64,000 bases of DNA, taken from NCBI GenBank assembly GCA_964474985.1, contig CAYYUW010000040.1:5383-69382 (forward strand). The letters run 5' to 3'. Positions 41,431 through 50,578 of this stretch are shown here, piece after piece; positions within the stretch are counted from its first letter, which is position 1; the number at the start of each line of letters is the position of its first letter. This stretch comes from an uncultured Alistipes sp. GTDB lineage: Bacteria > Bacteroidota > Bacteroidia > Bacteroidales > Rikenellaceae. Under the pieces are notes generated by a model. It had not been told where the DNA came from and did no database searches. It saw only the letters and a program-made list of their open reading frames with translations. The position numbers and the translations under genes are program-made.

Positions 41431-42837
41431 ATGATAAAACCGAGTGAAAAAATCGGGTACGGATTAGGCGATATGTCGTCGAGTATGTTCTGGAAGATAT
41501 TCTCGTACTATCTGCCCTTCTTCTACTCCAACGTCTTCGGACTCAGCCTCGAGCACGCGGCATTGCTGCTGCTGGTGACCAAGCTGTGGGATGCGGTGTC
41601 GGACCCCGTTATGGGAATCATTGCCGACCGCACGCATACCCGCTGGGGCAAGTACCGCCCCTATCTGCTGTGGGTGGCCGTGCCTTTCGCCGTGGTCGGC
41701 GTGCTGACATTCACTACGCCCGACTGGAGCGAGGCGGCCAAACTGGCGTGGGCCTACGTGACATACATATCTATGATGACCGTATATACGGCTATCAATG
41801 TGCCCTACGGCGCAATGCTCGGCGTGATGAGCGCCGACAGTGCCGAACGCACCGTATTTTCATCCTACCGTATGTTCTTCGCCTACGGCGGCAGCTTCAT
41901 CGCACTGGCGGTCTTCGAACCGCTTTGCAGCCTCTTCGCCGGCAATGTGGACGCTATGGCTCCCGAGGCGGCTCTCGAGGCTCAGCAGAGCGCTTGGCAG
42001 TGGACTATGGCTGTTATCGGTGCAGTGTGCGCAGCGCTCTTTTTCCTCTGTTTCGCCCTGACGCGCGAGAGGGTGCGTCCGACGACAACAGCCGGCGGTG
42101 GCAGCTCGATATGGAAGGATGTCAAGGCTCTGGTGTCCAACGGCCCGTGGTGGATACTGCTCGGCGCAGCTATCGCCGCCCTGCTGTTCAACTCCATACG
42201 CGGCGGCGCAGCAGCCTACTACTTCAAGGATTATGTGGGTGCCGACAATGTGCTCGGCGGCTCGCTGCTGCTCACGGCCGGCATATTCCTCGCTGTCGGC
42301 GAGGTGGCCAATATGCTCGGCGTGGTGCTGGCGGTGCCGGTGTCGAAACGATTGGGCAAGCGTGCGACATATATCGCCGCTATGGCCGGCTCGGCTGTGC
42401 TGAGCATAGCGTTCTACTACCTGCCGCTGAATACGGCCGGCTGCTGGATGATGTTAGTGCTGCAGATCGCCGTGTCGATATTGGCCGGTATGACATTCCC
42501 GCTGCTGTGGAGTATGTTCGCCGATGTGGCCGACTACTCGGAGTACCGCCACGGCAGAAGCTCCACGGGGCTTATCTTCTCCTCGTCGTCTATGGCGCAG
42601 AAGTTCGGCGGCGCATTTGGCTCGGCCCTGATACTGTGGCTTTTGGCTGCATACGGCTATCAGACCGAAGCCGGTGCCGAGCAGTGTACGGAGGCTCTGC
42701 ACGGACTGCGTATGCTGATGAGCTGGCTGCCTGCGGCAGGCGCTGCGCTGGCTGCGGCGGTGGTGTGGTTCTATCCCCTTACCGAGGACCGTATGCAGCC
42801 TATAGTAAGCGAGTTGGACACCCAAAGAAAGAAGTGA
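41431..42837 (+). CDS. Glycoside-pentoside-hexuronide (MFS) sugar:cation symporter, probable mannobiose importer
   Basis: EKIGYGLGD, DAVSDPVMG..ADRT.TRWGKYRPY, multiple TM helices; lies between mgp and the epimerase. Confidence 0.9.
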   Translation: MIKPSEKIGYGLGDMSSSMFWKIFSYYLPFFYSNVFGLSLEHAALLLLVTKLWDAVSDPVMGIIADRTHTRWGKYRPYLLWVAVPFAVVGVLTFTTPDWSEAAKLAWAYVTYISMMTVYTAINVPYGAMLGVMSADSAERTVFSSYRMFFAYGGSFIALAVFEPLCSLFAGNVDAMAPEAALEAQQSAWQWTMAVIGAVCAALFFLCFALTRERVRPTTTAGGGSSIWKDVKALVSNGPWWILLGAAIAALLFNSIRGGAAAYYFKDYVGADNVLGGSLLLTAGIFLAVGEVANMLGVVLAVPVSKRLGKRATYIAAMAGSAVLSIAFYYLPLNTAGCWMMLVLQIAVSILAGMTFPLLWSMFADVADYSEYRHGRSSTGLIFSSSSMAQKFGGAFGSALILWLLAAYGYQTEAGAEQCTEALHGLRMLMSWLPAAGAALAAAVVWFYPLTEDRMQPIVSELDTQRKK

Positions 42838-42838
42838 T

Positions 42839-44038
42839 ATGGAGAAGCCGACGCCGTGTGAATTTAAGGAGGAGGTGGAGCGGACGCTTCACGACGATAT
42901 ACTGCGCTTTTGGTTGGATCGCACGGTCGACCCCGCCGGAGGCTTCTATGGCCGCATAGACGGCGACGGCGTGCTGCATCCCGATGCTCCCCGCGGGGCG
43001 ATTCTCAATGCCCGCATCCTGTGGGCCTTCTCGGCTGCCTACCGCCACTCCGGCCGCAAGGAGTACCTCGAGGCTGCCGCGCGCGCCGCACGGGAGATCA
43101 TCGACCGGTTTTACGACCGCGAGTTCGGCGGTGTCTACTGGTCGCTGTCGGCCGAAGGCAGACCGTTGGATACCAAGAAGCAGATCTACGCTATCGGCTT
43201 CGCGATATACGGCTTGAGCGAATATGTCCGCGCGACGGGCGACGGCGAGGCTCTGGAGTATGCCGTGCAGCTTTACCGATCGATCGAGGCGCACAGCTTC
43301 GACTGCCGCCTGAACGGTTACTGCGAGGCATTTACGCGCGAGTGGGGCGAAATTGCCGATATGCGCCTGAGTGAAAAGGATGCCAACGAGAAGAAGACTA
43401 TGAACACTCACCTGCATATCCTCGAACCTTATACCAATCTCTATCGCGTATGGCGCGACGAGGGGCTGCGCGGGCGTATCGAGAACCTTATCGAGGTGTT
43501 TCTCGACCGGATATACGATCCTGCGACCGGACATCTCGGGCTGTTTTTCGACGAGCAGTGGCGCAGTCGCGATGCCGGCTGCTCCTACGGACACGATATC
43601 GAGGCGTCGTGGCTGCTTCTCGAGGCGGCCTTGGAGTGCGGCTGCGAGCGGTTGATGCCGCGGGTTGTGAAGGCCACGGAGCATATCGCCCGCGCCTCCA
43701 TGGAGGGGCTGCAGCCTGACGGCAGTATGATATACGAGCGGCACGCCGACGGGAGACTCGATACCGAACGCCACTGGTGGGTGCAGGCCGAGGCTGTCGT
43801 GGGGCTGCTGTGGCTGTGGCACTACCACGGCGACAGGGCAGCCTATGGGCAGGCTGCGGCGGTATGGCGGTATATCGGCCGCGAGATCATCGATCGCGAC
43901 GGCGGCGAGTGGTGGTGGGGCGCCTTCGAGGACGGTTCGAAAGATCGTGCCAACGACAAGGCCGGCTTCTGGAAATGCCCTTACCACAATACACGTATGT
44001 GTATCGAGGCGGCGGAAATCCTCGGCCGGCATATCTGA
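42839..44038 (+). CDS. Cellobiose/mannobiose 2-epimerase (AGE family)
   Basis: ILNARILWAFSAA, MNTHLHILEPY, SYGHDIEASWLL, WWVQAE, WKCPYHN. Confidence 0.93.
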   Translation: MEKPTPCEFKEEVERTLHDDILRFWLDRTVDPAGGFYGRIDGDGVLHPDAPRGAILNARILWAFSAAYRHSGRKEYLEAAARAAREIIDRFYDREFGGVYWSLSAEGRPLDTKKQIYAIGFAIYGLSEYVRATGDGEALEYAVQLYRSIEAHSFDCRLNGYCEAFTREWGEIADMRLSEKDANEKKTMNTHLHILEPYTNLYRVWRDEGLRGRIENLIEVFLDRIYDPATGHLGLFFDEQWRSRDAGCSYGHDIEASWLLLEAALECGCERLMPRVVKATEHIARASMEGLQPDGSMIYERHADGRLDTERHWWVQAEAVVGLLWLWHYHGDRAAYGQAAAVWRYIGREIIDRDGGEWWWGAFEDGSKDRANDKAGFWKCPYHNTRMCIEAAEILGRHI

Positions 44039-44051
44039 GCCTCAGAGGCTG

Positions 44052-44097
44052 AAAACACAGGCGGGCGGAAACCGAGTGTTCCGTCCGCCTGTGTTTT
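44052..44097. terminator. Bidirectional terminator at the end of the mannan locus
   Basis: AAAACACAGGCGGRCGGAA/TTCCGYCCGCCTGTGTTTT long stem between convergent genes. Confidence 0.85.
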
Positions 44098-44114
44098 ACC
44101 GTATGTGCTTAAAG

Positions 44115-45125
44115 CTATTTGCCGGCAGGATCTGCTTCGGGGAAAGAGATTAGGTAGCGCAGGTGCTCCAGTTCGCGTACGTAGTTGCGTTTGTGCAGCT
44201 TGGGCGAATAGACATAGCAGTCGAGCGTAATCACTTCGTTGGTCTGCGTGTTCACCGTGGTGAAACTTACGAACGGACCGCCCATGAAGTCGTTGGCGAC
44301 ATCCCAGAAGCCCCGCATCTCGACCCACAGACGACCCTCGGTGCGGTATGTCGTGTATTCAGGCTCGAAGGCGTCGGCAGTGATCATATACGAACCGTCG
44401 GAGGGACCCGGGATATATGCGGCATACTTGCTGCGGGCTGCCAGCAGCGACTGCATCGACAGGTCCTTGGGACCGGTGTAGGGGTAGCTGTACATAAAGA
44501 AACCCATGCTCGACTGCGGCATCTCGAACGACGCCCACACGAAGTTGTCCTTTTGGTTGCGCAGCATGTAGCCCTTGGGCACATTCATCGTGACGCCGAA
44601 CTTGTCGTGAATGATCTGCATAAGGGCCTTTTCATAGTACCTCTTGCCGTAGGCTATCGAGCGGTCGCGTTCGGCCGACTCGAGCGCCTGAAGCAGCAGC
44701 TCGCGGTTGGCATCGATGTATGCCACCGCCGACTTGTAGTTGGGCGCGCTGAGTGTCAGCACGATCTGGGGCGCCGAGTAGATGTCGTAGCGCACGCCGA
44801 GCGCGGCCTCCTTGTACTTGGGATCTATGTCGATGTCGAGTACGTTGCGATGTTTCATCACCAAATTCTTGAATCCGGCGGGCAGCACGCGCAGCAGGTC
44901 GAAAAGCGGTTCGCGCTGGTTGATCATCGGCACCGGCGACTGCAGTACGGCACGCAGCGTGTCGCCCAGTTCACCGTCCCATTCGGCATTGTCGGCTATG
45001 ACGATCAGCTCGTAGGGCGAGCCTTGCGATATGGGTCGGTCGAGCGAGTCGGCCGTGCGGAACGCCTTGCAGGAGACTGCAGCTGCCAGCAGGGCGATGG
45101 TGAGGATGCGGAATATGATTCTCAT
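44115..45125 (-). CDS. DUF4837-like lipoprotein
   Basis: Lipobox, G.PYELIV, EP.F, MRGFWDV..DFMGGPF, Y.P...KRNY motifs. Confidence 0.75.
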   Translation of the reverse strand: MRIIFRILTIALLAAAVSCKAFRTADSLDRPISQGSPYELIVIADNAEWDGELGDTLRAVLQSPVPMINQREPLFDLLRVLPAGFKNLVMKHRNVLDIDIDPKYKEAALGVRYDIYSAPQIVLTLSAPNYKSAVAYIDANRELLLQALESAERDRSIAYGKRYYEKALMQIIHDKFGVTMNVPKGYMLRNQKDNFVWASFEMPQSSMGFFMYSYPYTGPKDLSMQSLLAARSKYAAYIPGPSDGSYMITADAFEPEYTTYRTEGRLWVEMRGFWDVANDFMGGPFVSFTTVNTQTNEVITLDCYVYSPKLHKRNYVRELEHLRYLISFPEADPAGK

Positions 45126-45297
45126 ACATATCTTTTTTAAAAGGTTATTACTTCGGATAGCGATACAAATATATAACTAATATTGTAGTTTGACAAATTT
45201 TATTACGAAAAAAATCGTATTTGTGCATAATCATTGTACTTTTGCAATCTGAACGGGTGCGCACGATGCTCATCCGGCGTATTTTCACAAGGCGATT

Positions 45298-45906
45298 ATG
45301 CGGTTAAAGCCCCCTAAATTTTTGCGTCGGTTGATGCCCGATCTGATATGGGACATCGAGGACGAAAAGAATGTGTTTCTTACCTTCGACGATGGTCCCA
45401 CGCCCGGCGTCACCGAGTGGATTCTCGCCACACTCGACAAGTACGGTGCCAAAGCAACCTTTTTCTGTTTGGGCAAGAATGTCGAGGCCTATCCCGACCT
45501 GTATCGCCGTATTGTCGACGCCGGACACAAGGTCGGCAACCACACCTATTCGCACCAAAAGGGCTGGGGAATGACTACGGAGCGCTATGTCGAGGATGTG
45601 GATTTCGCCGCCGACTTCATCCCGAGCGAACTGTTCCGCCCGCCATACGCCCGTATCACGCCTGCGCAGGCACGTGCCTTGGCTGCGCGATATCGTCTGG
45701 TTATGTGGGATATAGTTTCGCGCGACTACAACCGCAACCTCTCGCCGCGCACCTGCCTGCGAAATGTGGTGCCGTATATCGAAGGCGGTTCGATAATCGT
45801 GTTCCACGATTCGGTCAAGGCTTTCCGCAATATGCGCTACGCCCTGCCCCGCACGCTCGACCATATCCGCCGCAAAGGGTTGAACTGCGCGCCGATAGAA
45901 CTGTAG
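45298..45906 (+). CDS. Polysaccharide deacetylase (CE4/NodB family)
   Basis: LTFDDGP, GNHTYSH, FRPPY, IIVFHD. Confidence 0.92.
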   Translation: MRLKPPKFLRRLMPDLIWDIEDEKNVFLTFDDGPTPGVTEWILATLDKYGAKATFFCLGKNVEAYPDLYRRIVDAGHKVGNHTYSHQKGWGMTTERYVEDVDFAADFIPSELFRPPYARITPAQARALAARYRLVMWDIVSRDYNRNLSPRTCLRNVVPYIEGGSIIVFHDSVKAFRNMRYALPRTLDHIRRKGLNCAPIEL

Positions 45907-46019
45907 AATGTGACAAAGCGCACAAACGCACCGGTCGTCAGCTTGTCCCGCCCCCAAGTCGCAGCCGTGAACAATGTCATAATTTTTTAGGTAACTTTGC
46001 ATGAGCATTCTGAACTCTT

Positions 46020-46508
46020 ATGGAAATTAAAATGCGCCGTTTCAGGCAAATGCTCCCTTTGGAGGAGTCGCTTGAAATTCTAAAAAATATGACCAATGGG
46101 GTCCTCGCACTCCATGGCGACGAGGATTATCCTTATGCCGTACCCGTCAGCTACGCTTATGACGGGAAGGACATCTATATTCATTCGGCAGCAGCAGGTC
46201 ATAAGATCGATTGTCTGCGACACAATCCCAAAGTGTCGTTCTGCATCGTCAGTCAAGACCAAATAGTTCCTGAAGAGTTTACGACATATTTCAAGAGCGT
46301 TATCGTTTTCGGCACTGCTCATTTTATGACCGAAAGATCAGAGCTGGAATACGGACTGAAACTGCTTGCCGATAAATATTCTCCCAACATCGACAGCGCT
46401 GCTGAAATCAAGGGGGCAATCGATCGTGTCGCAGTCATAAAAATTTCGGTCGACGCCATTTCAGGCAAAGAGGCAGTCGAACTTGCACGCAGACGTAAAC
46501 AGGTATGA
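46020..46508 (+). CDS. nim: Nim-like 5-nitroimidazole reductase (pyridoxamine 5'-phosphate oxidase fold)
   Basis: MRR.RQ.LP.EES..IL..MTNG.LALHGD..YPYAVP.SY, HSA..GHK, EFTTYF.SVIVFG, LLADKYS, GKEA.EL, as in Bacteroides NimA-type proteins. Confidence 0.82.
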   Translation: MEIKMRRFRQMLPLEESLEILKNMTNGVLALHGDEDYPYAVPVSYAYDGKDIYIHSAAAGHKIDCLRHNPKVSFCIVSQDQIVPEEFTTYFKSVIVFGTAHFMTERSELEYGLKLLADKYSPNIDSAAEIKGAIDRVAVIKISVDAISGKEAVELARRRKQV

Positions 46509-46831
46509 TACTCAGCTGGATATATTTGATTGTAGCCGGATGTATGGAAACGGTTTTTACGTTCTGTCTCGGCAAGACAAAGGAAACTGCAGGTGCAGAT
46601 GCCCTTTGGTGGTGGGGCGGTTTTCTTGCCGCGCTTGCATTGAGTATGTATCTCATGACCAAGGCCGCTCAAAAAATACCAATCGGAACGGTGTATCCCG
46701 TATGGACCGGTATCGGCGCGGTTGGGGCGGTGCTGGTAGGAATTTTCTTCTTCAACGAACCGGCTTCATTCTGGCGCATATTCTTTATTACCACTTTAAT
46801 ACTCTCGATTATCGGGCTTAAGATGGTCTGA
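46505..46831 (+). CDS. SMR family (SugE/Gdx-like) small multidrug efflux transporter
   Basis: 4 TM helices, W..L..AG..E (TM1 Glu), PIGTVYPVWTGIG; ATGA overlap with nim. Confidence 0.9.
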   Translation: MILSWIYLIVAGCMETVFTFCLGKTKETAGADALWWWGGFLAALALSMYLMTKAAQKIPIGTVYPVWTGIGAVGAVLVGIFFFNEPASFWRIFFITTLILSIIGLKMV

Positions 46832-46999
46832 CGTCTTATGTTTTTTCGCGCAGAGAGCGTTTCCGCGCGGTTGATTGCCGGTCAGTTGCAATTTTGATAC
46901 GGCTGCGCTGTGTAAAATACGAACGTGTTTTTGATACTTTGGGGATTTTTACTAAATTTGCGCCCATAAACGACAATAATTTAAAATTATAGTACTCCT

Positions 47000-47572
47000 A
47001 TGACAATCAATGCCGCTGATATCAAAATCGGAATGTGCATCGAAATGGACGGCAAGACCTTTCTCGTAGTCGATTTCCAGCACTGCAAACCGGGCAAAGG
47101 CCCCGCTTTCGTCCGCTCGAAACTCAAGAACCTCGAAAACGGCCGCGTGATCGAGAATACTTTCTCCTCCGTGAGCCAGAAGATCGAGCAGGTTCGCGTT
47201 GAGCGCCGCCCCTACCAGTTCACCTACGAGGACGATCTGGGCGCACACTTCATGCACACCGAGACCTTCGAAGAGATCAACATCGACAAGAATCTTATCA
47301 ACAACTACGACCTTATGGCCGACGGCCAGATCGTCGAGGTTATGTTCCACACCGAAAAGGAGACCGTCCTCTCGGCCGAACTTCCTCCCATCGTCGATAT
47401 GGAAGTTACCTATACCGAGCCGGGTGTAAAGGGCGATACCGCTTCGACCAACTCGCTCAAACCCGCTACGGTAAATACCGGCGCTACGGTCCGCGTGCCT
47501 CTGTTTATCAACACCGGCGACAAGATCCGCGTCGATACCCGCACCCGCGAGTATTACGAGCGTATCAAGTAG
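47000..47572 (+). CDS. efp: Elongation factor P
   Basis: KPGKGPAFVR, TEPGVKGDT, VPLFINTGD. Confidence 0.97.
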   Translation: MTINAADIKIGMCIEMDGKTFLVVDFQHCKPGKGPAFVRSKLKNLENGRVIENTFSSVSQKIEQVRVERRPYQFTYEDDLGAHFMHTETFEEINIDKNLINNYDLMADGQIVEVMFHTEKETVLSAELPPIVDMEVTYTEPGVKGDTASTNSLKPATVNTGATVRVPLFINTGDKIRVDTRTREYYERIK

Positions 47573-47576
47573 ACTG

Positions 47577-48641
47577 TCAGTTCGATATGCTGAAAAGGCT
47601 GCCCATTGGGCGGCCTTTTTTGTTGAGGGCCGGCCCGACTGCTTCACCGGTTTCAGTTGCGATACGTTCGAGCATCTTGTCGTAGGCATCGGTGTCGAAT
47701 ATGTCGAACGATTTGATACTGCTGCCGGACTCGCGCAAGCGGACTATGCACTCGAGCAGGCGCTGGAACTGGCCGAAATGCCGTATTGTTACATCCGGAT
47801 CGGGTATGCTGTTGCGTGCTGTCCACATATCGCGGCGCATTGCATAGGCCAGCAGAAACACCTTGATAGGCAGGTAGTCTTTGTACAGCGTATCGCGCAG
47901 CCGCATCGTTTCGACTACAAGCTCGGGTGTGGCGAGATAGCGGCCGCAGCCTTGGGGCGGAGTTGCGAGCCACTGCCTGAGAAATATCTGCGGGATATGG
48001 TCAGAGGTTATGCTGAATCCGTTTTTGCAAAGGTACCGTATGCTTTGCCTGATCTCTGCGGTCGGATTGTAAAACACCGATTTACGGTCGCGGTAGTCGC
48101 GACGGTCTATTGGGTAGACGTAAATCTTAAAGTCGTCGACATAGCTGTATGCCGACAGCATCGGCACAGGTATGCGGCTGCTCTCGATCATACTGCACAA
48201 TATATGATAGTTGTCTATTCCTTCGATGTATTCGCTGTATACGATGAAATCGCAGCGCTCGATGAAGAATCTGTACAGGGCCTCCTTGTCGAAGCACGGC
48301 ATGCTTTCGGGAACGACTTCGTATGCGTCGGCGGACTCGATTATGGCGGCATATTCGCTCGATTTGCCGAGTTGGAGATAGTCATTCCACTGTTTTTCGG
48401 TAAGAGCGATGAATATCTCGGTTTTTGGATACTGTTCTCTTACCGAGAGCAGATGCTCTGCCACCTCGAACTTGGTTTTGGGTGTAATCGCCAGCATCAA
48501 CCGTATTCTATCGGTGTATTGATGAAAGTACTCGATCAACCACTCGAAATATTCACACATCCTCGGACCGCTGTTCCATTTGCTCAACAGTCCGATGGTG
48601 TAAACCGGCATTATGCGATACGATCCTTTTTCAGGCGCCAT
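47577..48641 (-). CDS. Hypothetical protein; N-terminal half resembles a degenerate YpsA/DUF1273 SLOG domain
   Basis: 354-aa ORF with A-rich start context; VAEHLLSVREQYPKTEIFIAL...EYAAIIESADAYEVV...YRFFIERCDFIV resembles the YpsA pattern by eye. Confidence 0.6.
   Translation of the reverse strand: MAPEKGSYRIMPVYTIGLLSKWNSGPRMCEYFEWLIEYFHQYTDRIRLMLAITPKTKFEVAEHLLSVREQYPKTEIFIALTEKQWNDYLQLGKSSEYAAIIESADAYEVVPESMPCFDKEALYRFFIERCDFIVYSEYIEGIDNYHILCSMIESSRIPVPMLSAYSYVDDFKIYVYPIDRRDYRDRKSVFYNPTAEIRQSIRYLCKNGFSITSDHIPQIFLRQWLATPPQGCGRYLATPELVVETMRLRDTLYKDYLPIKVFLLAYAMRRDMWTARNSIPDPDVTIRHFGQFQRLLECIVRLRESGSSIKSFDIFDTDAYDKMLERIATETGEAVGPALNKKGRPMGSLFSISN
47593..47621. terminator. Bidirectional-type terminator after efp
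   Basis: AAAAGGCTGCCC/GGGCGGCCTTTTTT. Confidence 0.8.
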
Positions 48642-48915
48642 AACTTGTATATTTGTTATTAGTATTCAAGCGCCCTAAGTGATATAAAAACACGGGGCGC
48701 AGGTACAGTCCCGTCGATCGGCCTCGCGAGCCTTCAAATGGCAACTGTCCTTACGCCCGTGCCGCCCGCAGCCGAAGCTGCGGGCATAGCAAGGGTTTCA
48801 GACAAATTTTACACCATTTGAAAAACCTATTATATCGCTATAATAGTCGCGAGCTAATCGACGGTATAAAGGTTTGTCTTAACCTTTAAATAAATTACGG
48901 CTATCTGTATAGCCT
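48642..48915 (-). ncRNA. Structured 5' leader, candidate C4/CI-like antisense RNA switch
   Basis: Follows TACCTTTG -7 box (48926-48933); several perfect hairpins plus three segments complementary between an upstream region and the loop of a downstream terminator-like stem. Confidence 0.6.
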
Positions 48916-49017
48916 ATTCCGAATGCAAAGGTAATATAATTTTTCATTGAATCGACATCACGATTATTTAAAATTCAATACGGCAGGCGGAATATGATAA
49001 TAAGGGAGGTTGCGAAA

Positions 49018-49306
49018 TTTGCGGGTCGAAGACTGCGGAGGAACGCGATGAGCGGGACTCCGCTCCGGAGGCTTCGGCCCGCGCGGCTTCTGAAGAAATC
49101 GCAACTGGGCTTTGTGGACAATTTATGGTTGCGAAGTTGTGAGCAGCAGCCTGCGGAGGCGAACGATAGCGAGCCTCCGCCGCCGGAGGCTGCGGCTCGC
49201 GCGGCCCGTTGGGCCGCAGCTTTTTGACGCAAATGTTGCCATAAATGTTCTCAGTGAATATTCGCGCTCGCCCTCCGCCTCTTTAGGGGCGGGCGTGCGG
49301 GTTGCG
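49018..49306. repeat. Modular palindromic repeat cluster 4
   Basis: TTTGCGGG.CGAAGACTGCGGAGGAACGCGA.GAGCGGG (49018-49056, cf. 6201-6239), 47-bp unit at 49173-49218, GAATATTCGCGC.CGCCCTCCGCC..TTAGGG.CGGGCG.GCGGGTTGC (49256-49305, cf. 6298-6346). Confidence 0.9.
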
Positions 49307-49334
49307 GAGTTGCCCGATATATTTCGCAGCAGTA

Positions 49335-50444
49335 TCAGAGTTCCATTGTCCGGCGGTAGACGTCGATAAGGTTGCGGGCGATTTCAGCCTCGGTGAATCG
49401 GGCGGCGTGCTGGCGGCCGAGCGAGATCATACGCTGGCGCAGCTGGCTGTCGTGCAGTACGTTGTATAATGCCTCGGCCATCTGTTCGGGGGAGTCGGGA
49501 TCGACGTACAGACAGGCGTCGCCGCCGGTTTCGGCGAATACGCCGCCGCGGGTGGTTATGCAGGGCGTGCCGCTCGAGAGCGCCTCGAGAATTGGAATGC
49601 CGAACCCTTCGAATCGCGAGGGGTAGACCGTGGCGCTGCTCAGGCGGTAGATCGCCGGCAGATCTTCGAACGGTACGGTGTACATAAAGCGTACGCGGTC
49701 GCCCAGCCGTTTCTCGGCGATATATCGGCTGAGGCTGTTGACGTAGGACGAAGGCATCCCGATGACTATGAGCGGACAGTCTATGCGGTGCTCGGCCATA
49801 GCGCGCAGCACCAACCCGATGTTCTTGCGCTCCTCGATCGCTCCGACGCTGAGTATGAATTGCTCGGGGAGGGCATAGCGCAATCTCGCCGCTTCGAGTT
49901 CGGCGTCGGGGAGCGGGTCGGCGAAGCGCGGCGAGCAGCCTTGGTATACCACGTCGATCTTTTGCGGATCGATCTGCCACAGGTCGATCAAATCGCGGCG
50001 CGTCTGTTGCGATATGGCTATTATGCGGTCGGCATTGCGGCAGCTGCGCTGGTATTTGCGGTTGAATGCAATGCGTTCGGCGGCCGTGTACAGCTCGGGA
50101 CAGCGCACGAATATCAGGTCGTGCATCGTGACCACGCTGCGCACACCCGAACGGCGGATGTCGGCGGGCACTTCGTGGCACAGTCCGTGATAGAGGTCTA
50201 TGCCGTGGCGTCGCAGCGTGCGCCCCATAAAGTAACTGCGCCAAAGGTAGGGGAATGCTGCGGGGGATATTACGGGCAGCTGTTCGGCCAGATCGCGGCC
50301 GAAAGTGGCATGGCGGCACGGCGAAAAGAGCCAATAGTCGTTTTCGGGGGCATAGCGCATAAGCAGCCCGACCGTACTGCGAGAGTATACTCCCAGTCCG
50401 CGGCCGTTGAAAAACAGACGTTTGGCGTCGAAACCTATGCGCAT
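49335..50444 (-). CDS. Glycosyltransferase family 4
   Basis: MRIGFDAKR, VVTMHDLIF, VGAIEERKN, PSRFEGFGIPILEA. Confidence 0.92.
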   Translation of the reverse strand: MRIGFDAKRLFFNGRGLGVYSRSTVGLLMRYAPENDYWLFSPCRHATFGRDLAEQLPVISPAAFPYLWRSYFMGRTLRRHGIDLYHGLCHEVPADIRRSGVRSVVTMHDLIFVRCPELYTAAERIAFNRKYQRSCRNADRIIAISQQTRRDLIDLWQIDPQKIDVVYQGCSPRFADPLPDAELEAARLRYALPEQFILSVGAIEERKNIGLVLRAMAEHRIDCPLIVIGMPSSYVNSLSRYIAEKRLGDRVRFMYTVPFEDLPAIYRLSSATVYPSRFEGFGIPILEALSSGTPCITTRGGVFAETGGDACLYVDPDSPEQMAEALYNVLHDSQLRQRMISLGRQHAARFTEAEIARNLIDVYRRTMEL

Positions 50445-50578
50445 AACCGATAATTTTCGGGTGAAGATACGAAAATTAAGCCGAATGATAGCAAAACGCA
50501 GAAAAAATTATCGTTCGCGTACGCGCAGTTCGGCAATTAATCGTTATCTTCGCAGTGTATTGTTAATGTTTGACGGAT

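Noticed and set aside
45907..46504. Guanidine riboswitch for the SugE-like gene
   Set aside because: The SMR gene is coupled to nim with no leader, and no ykkC-type motif is seen upstream of nim
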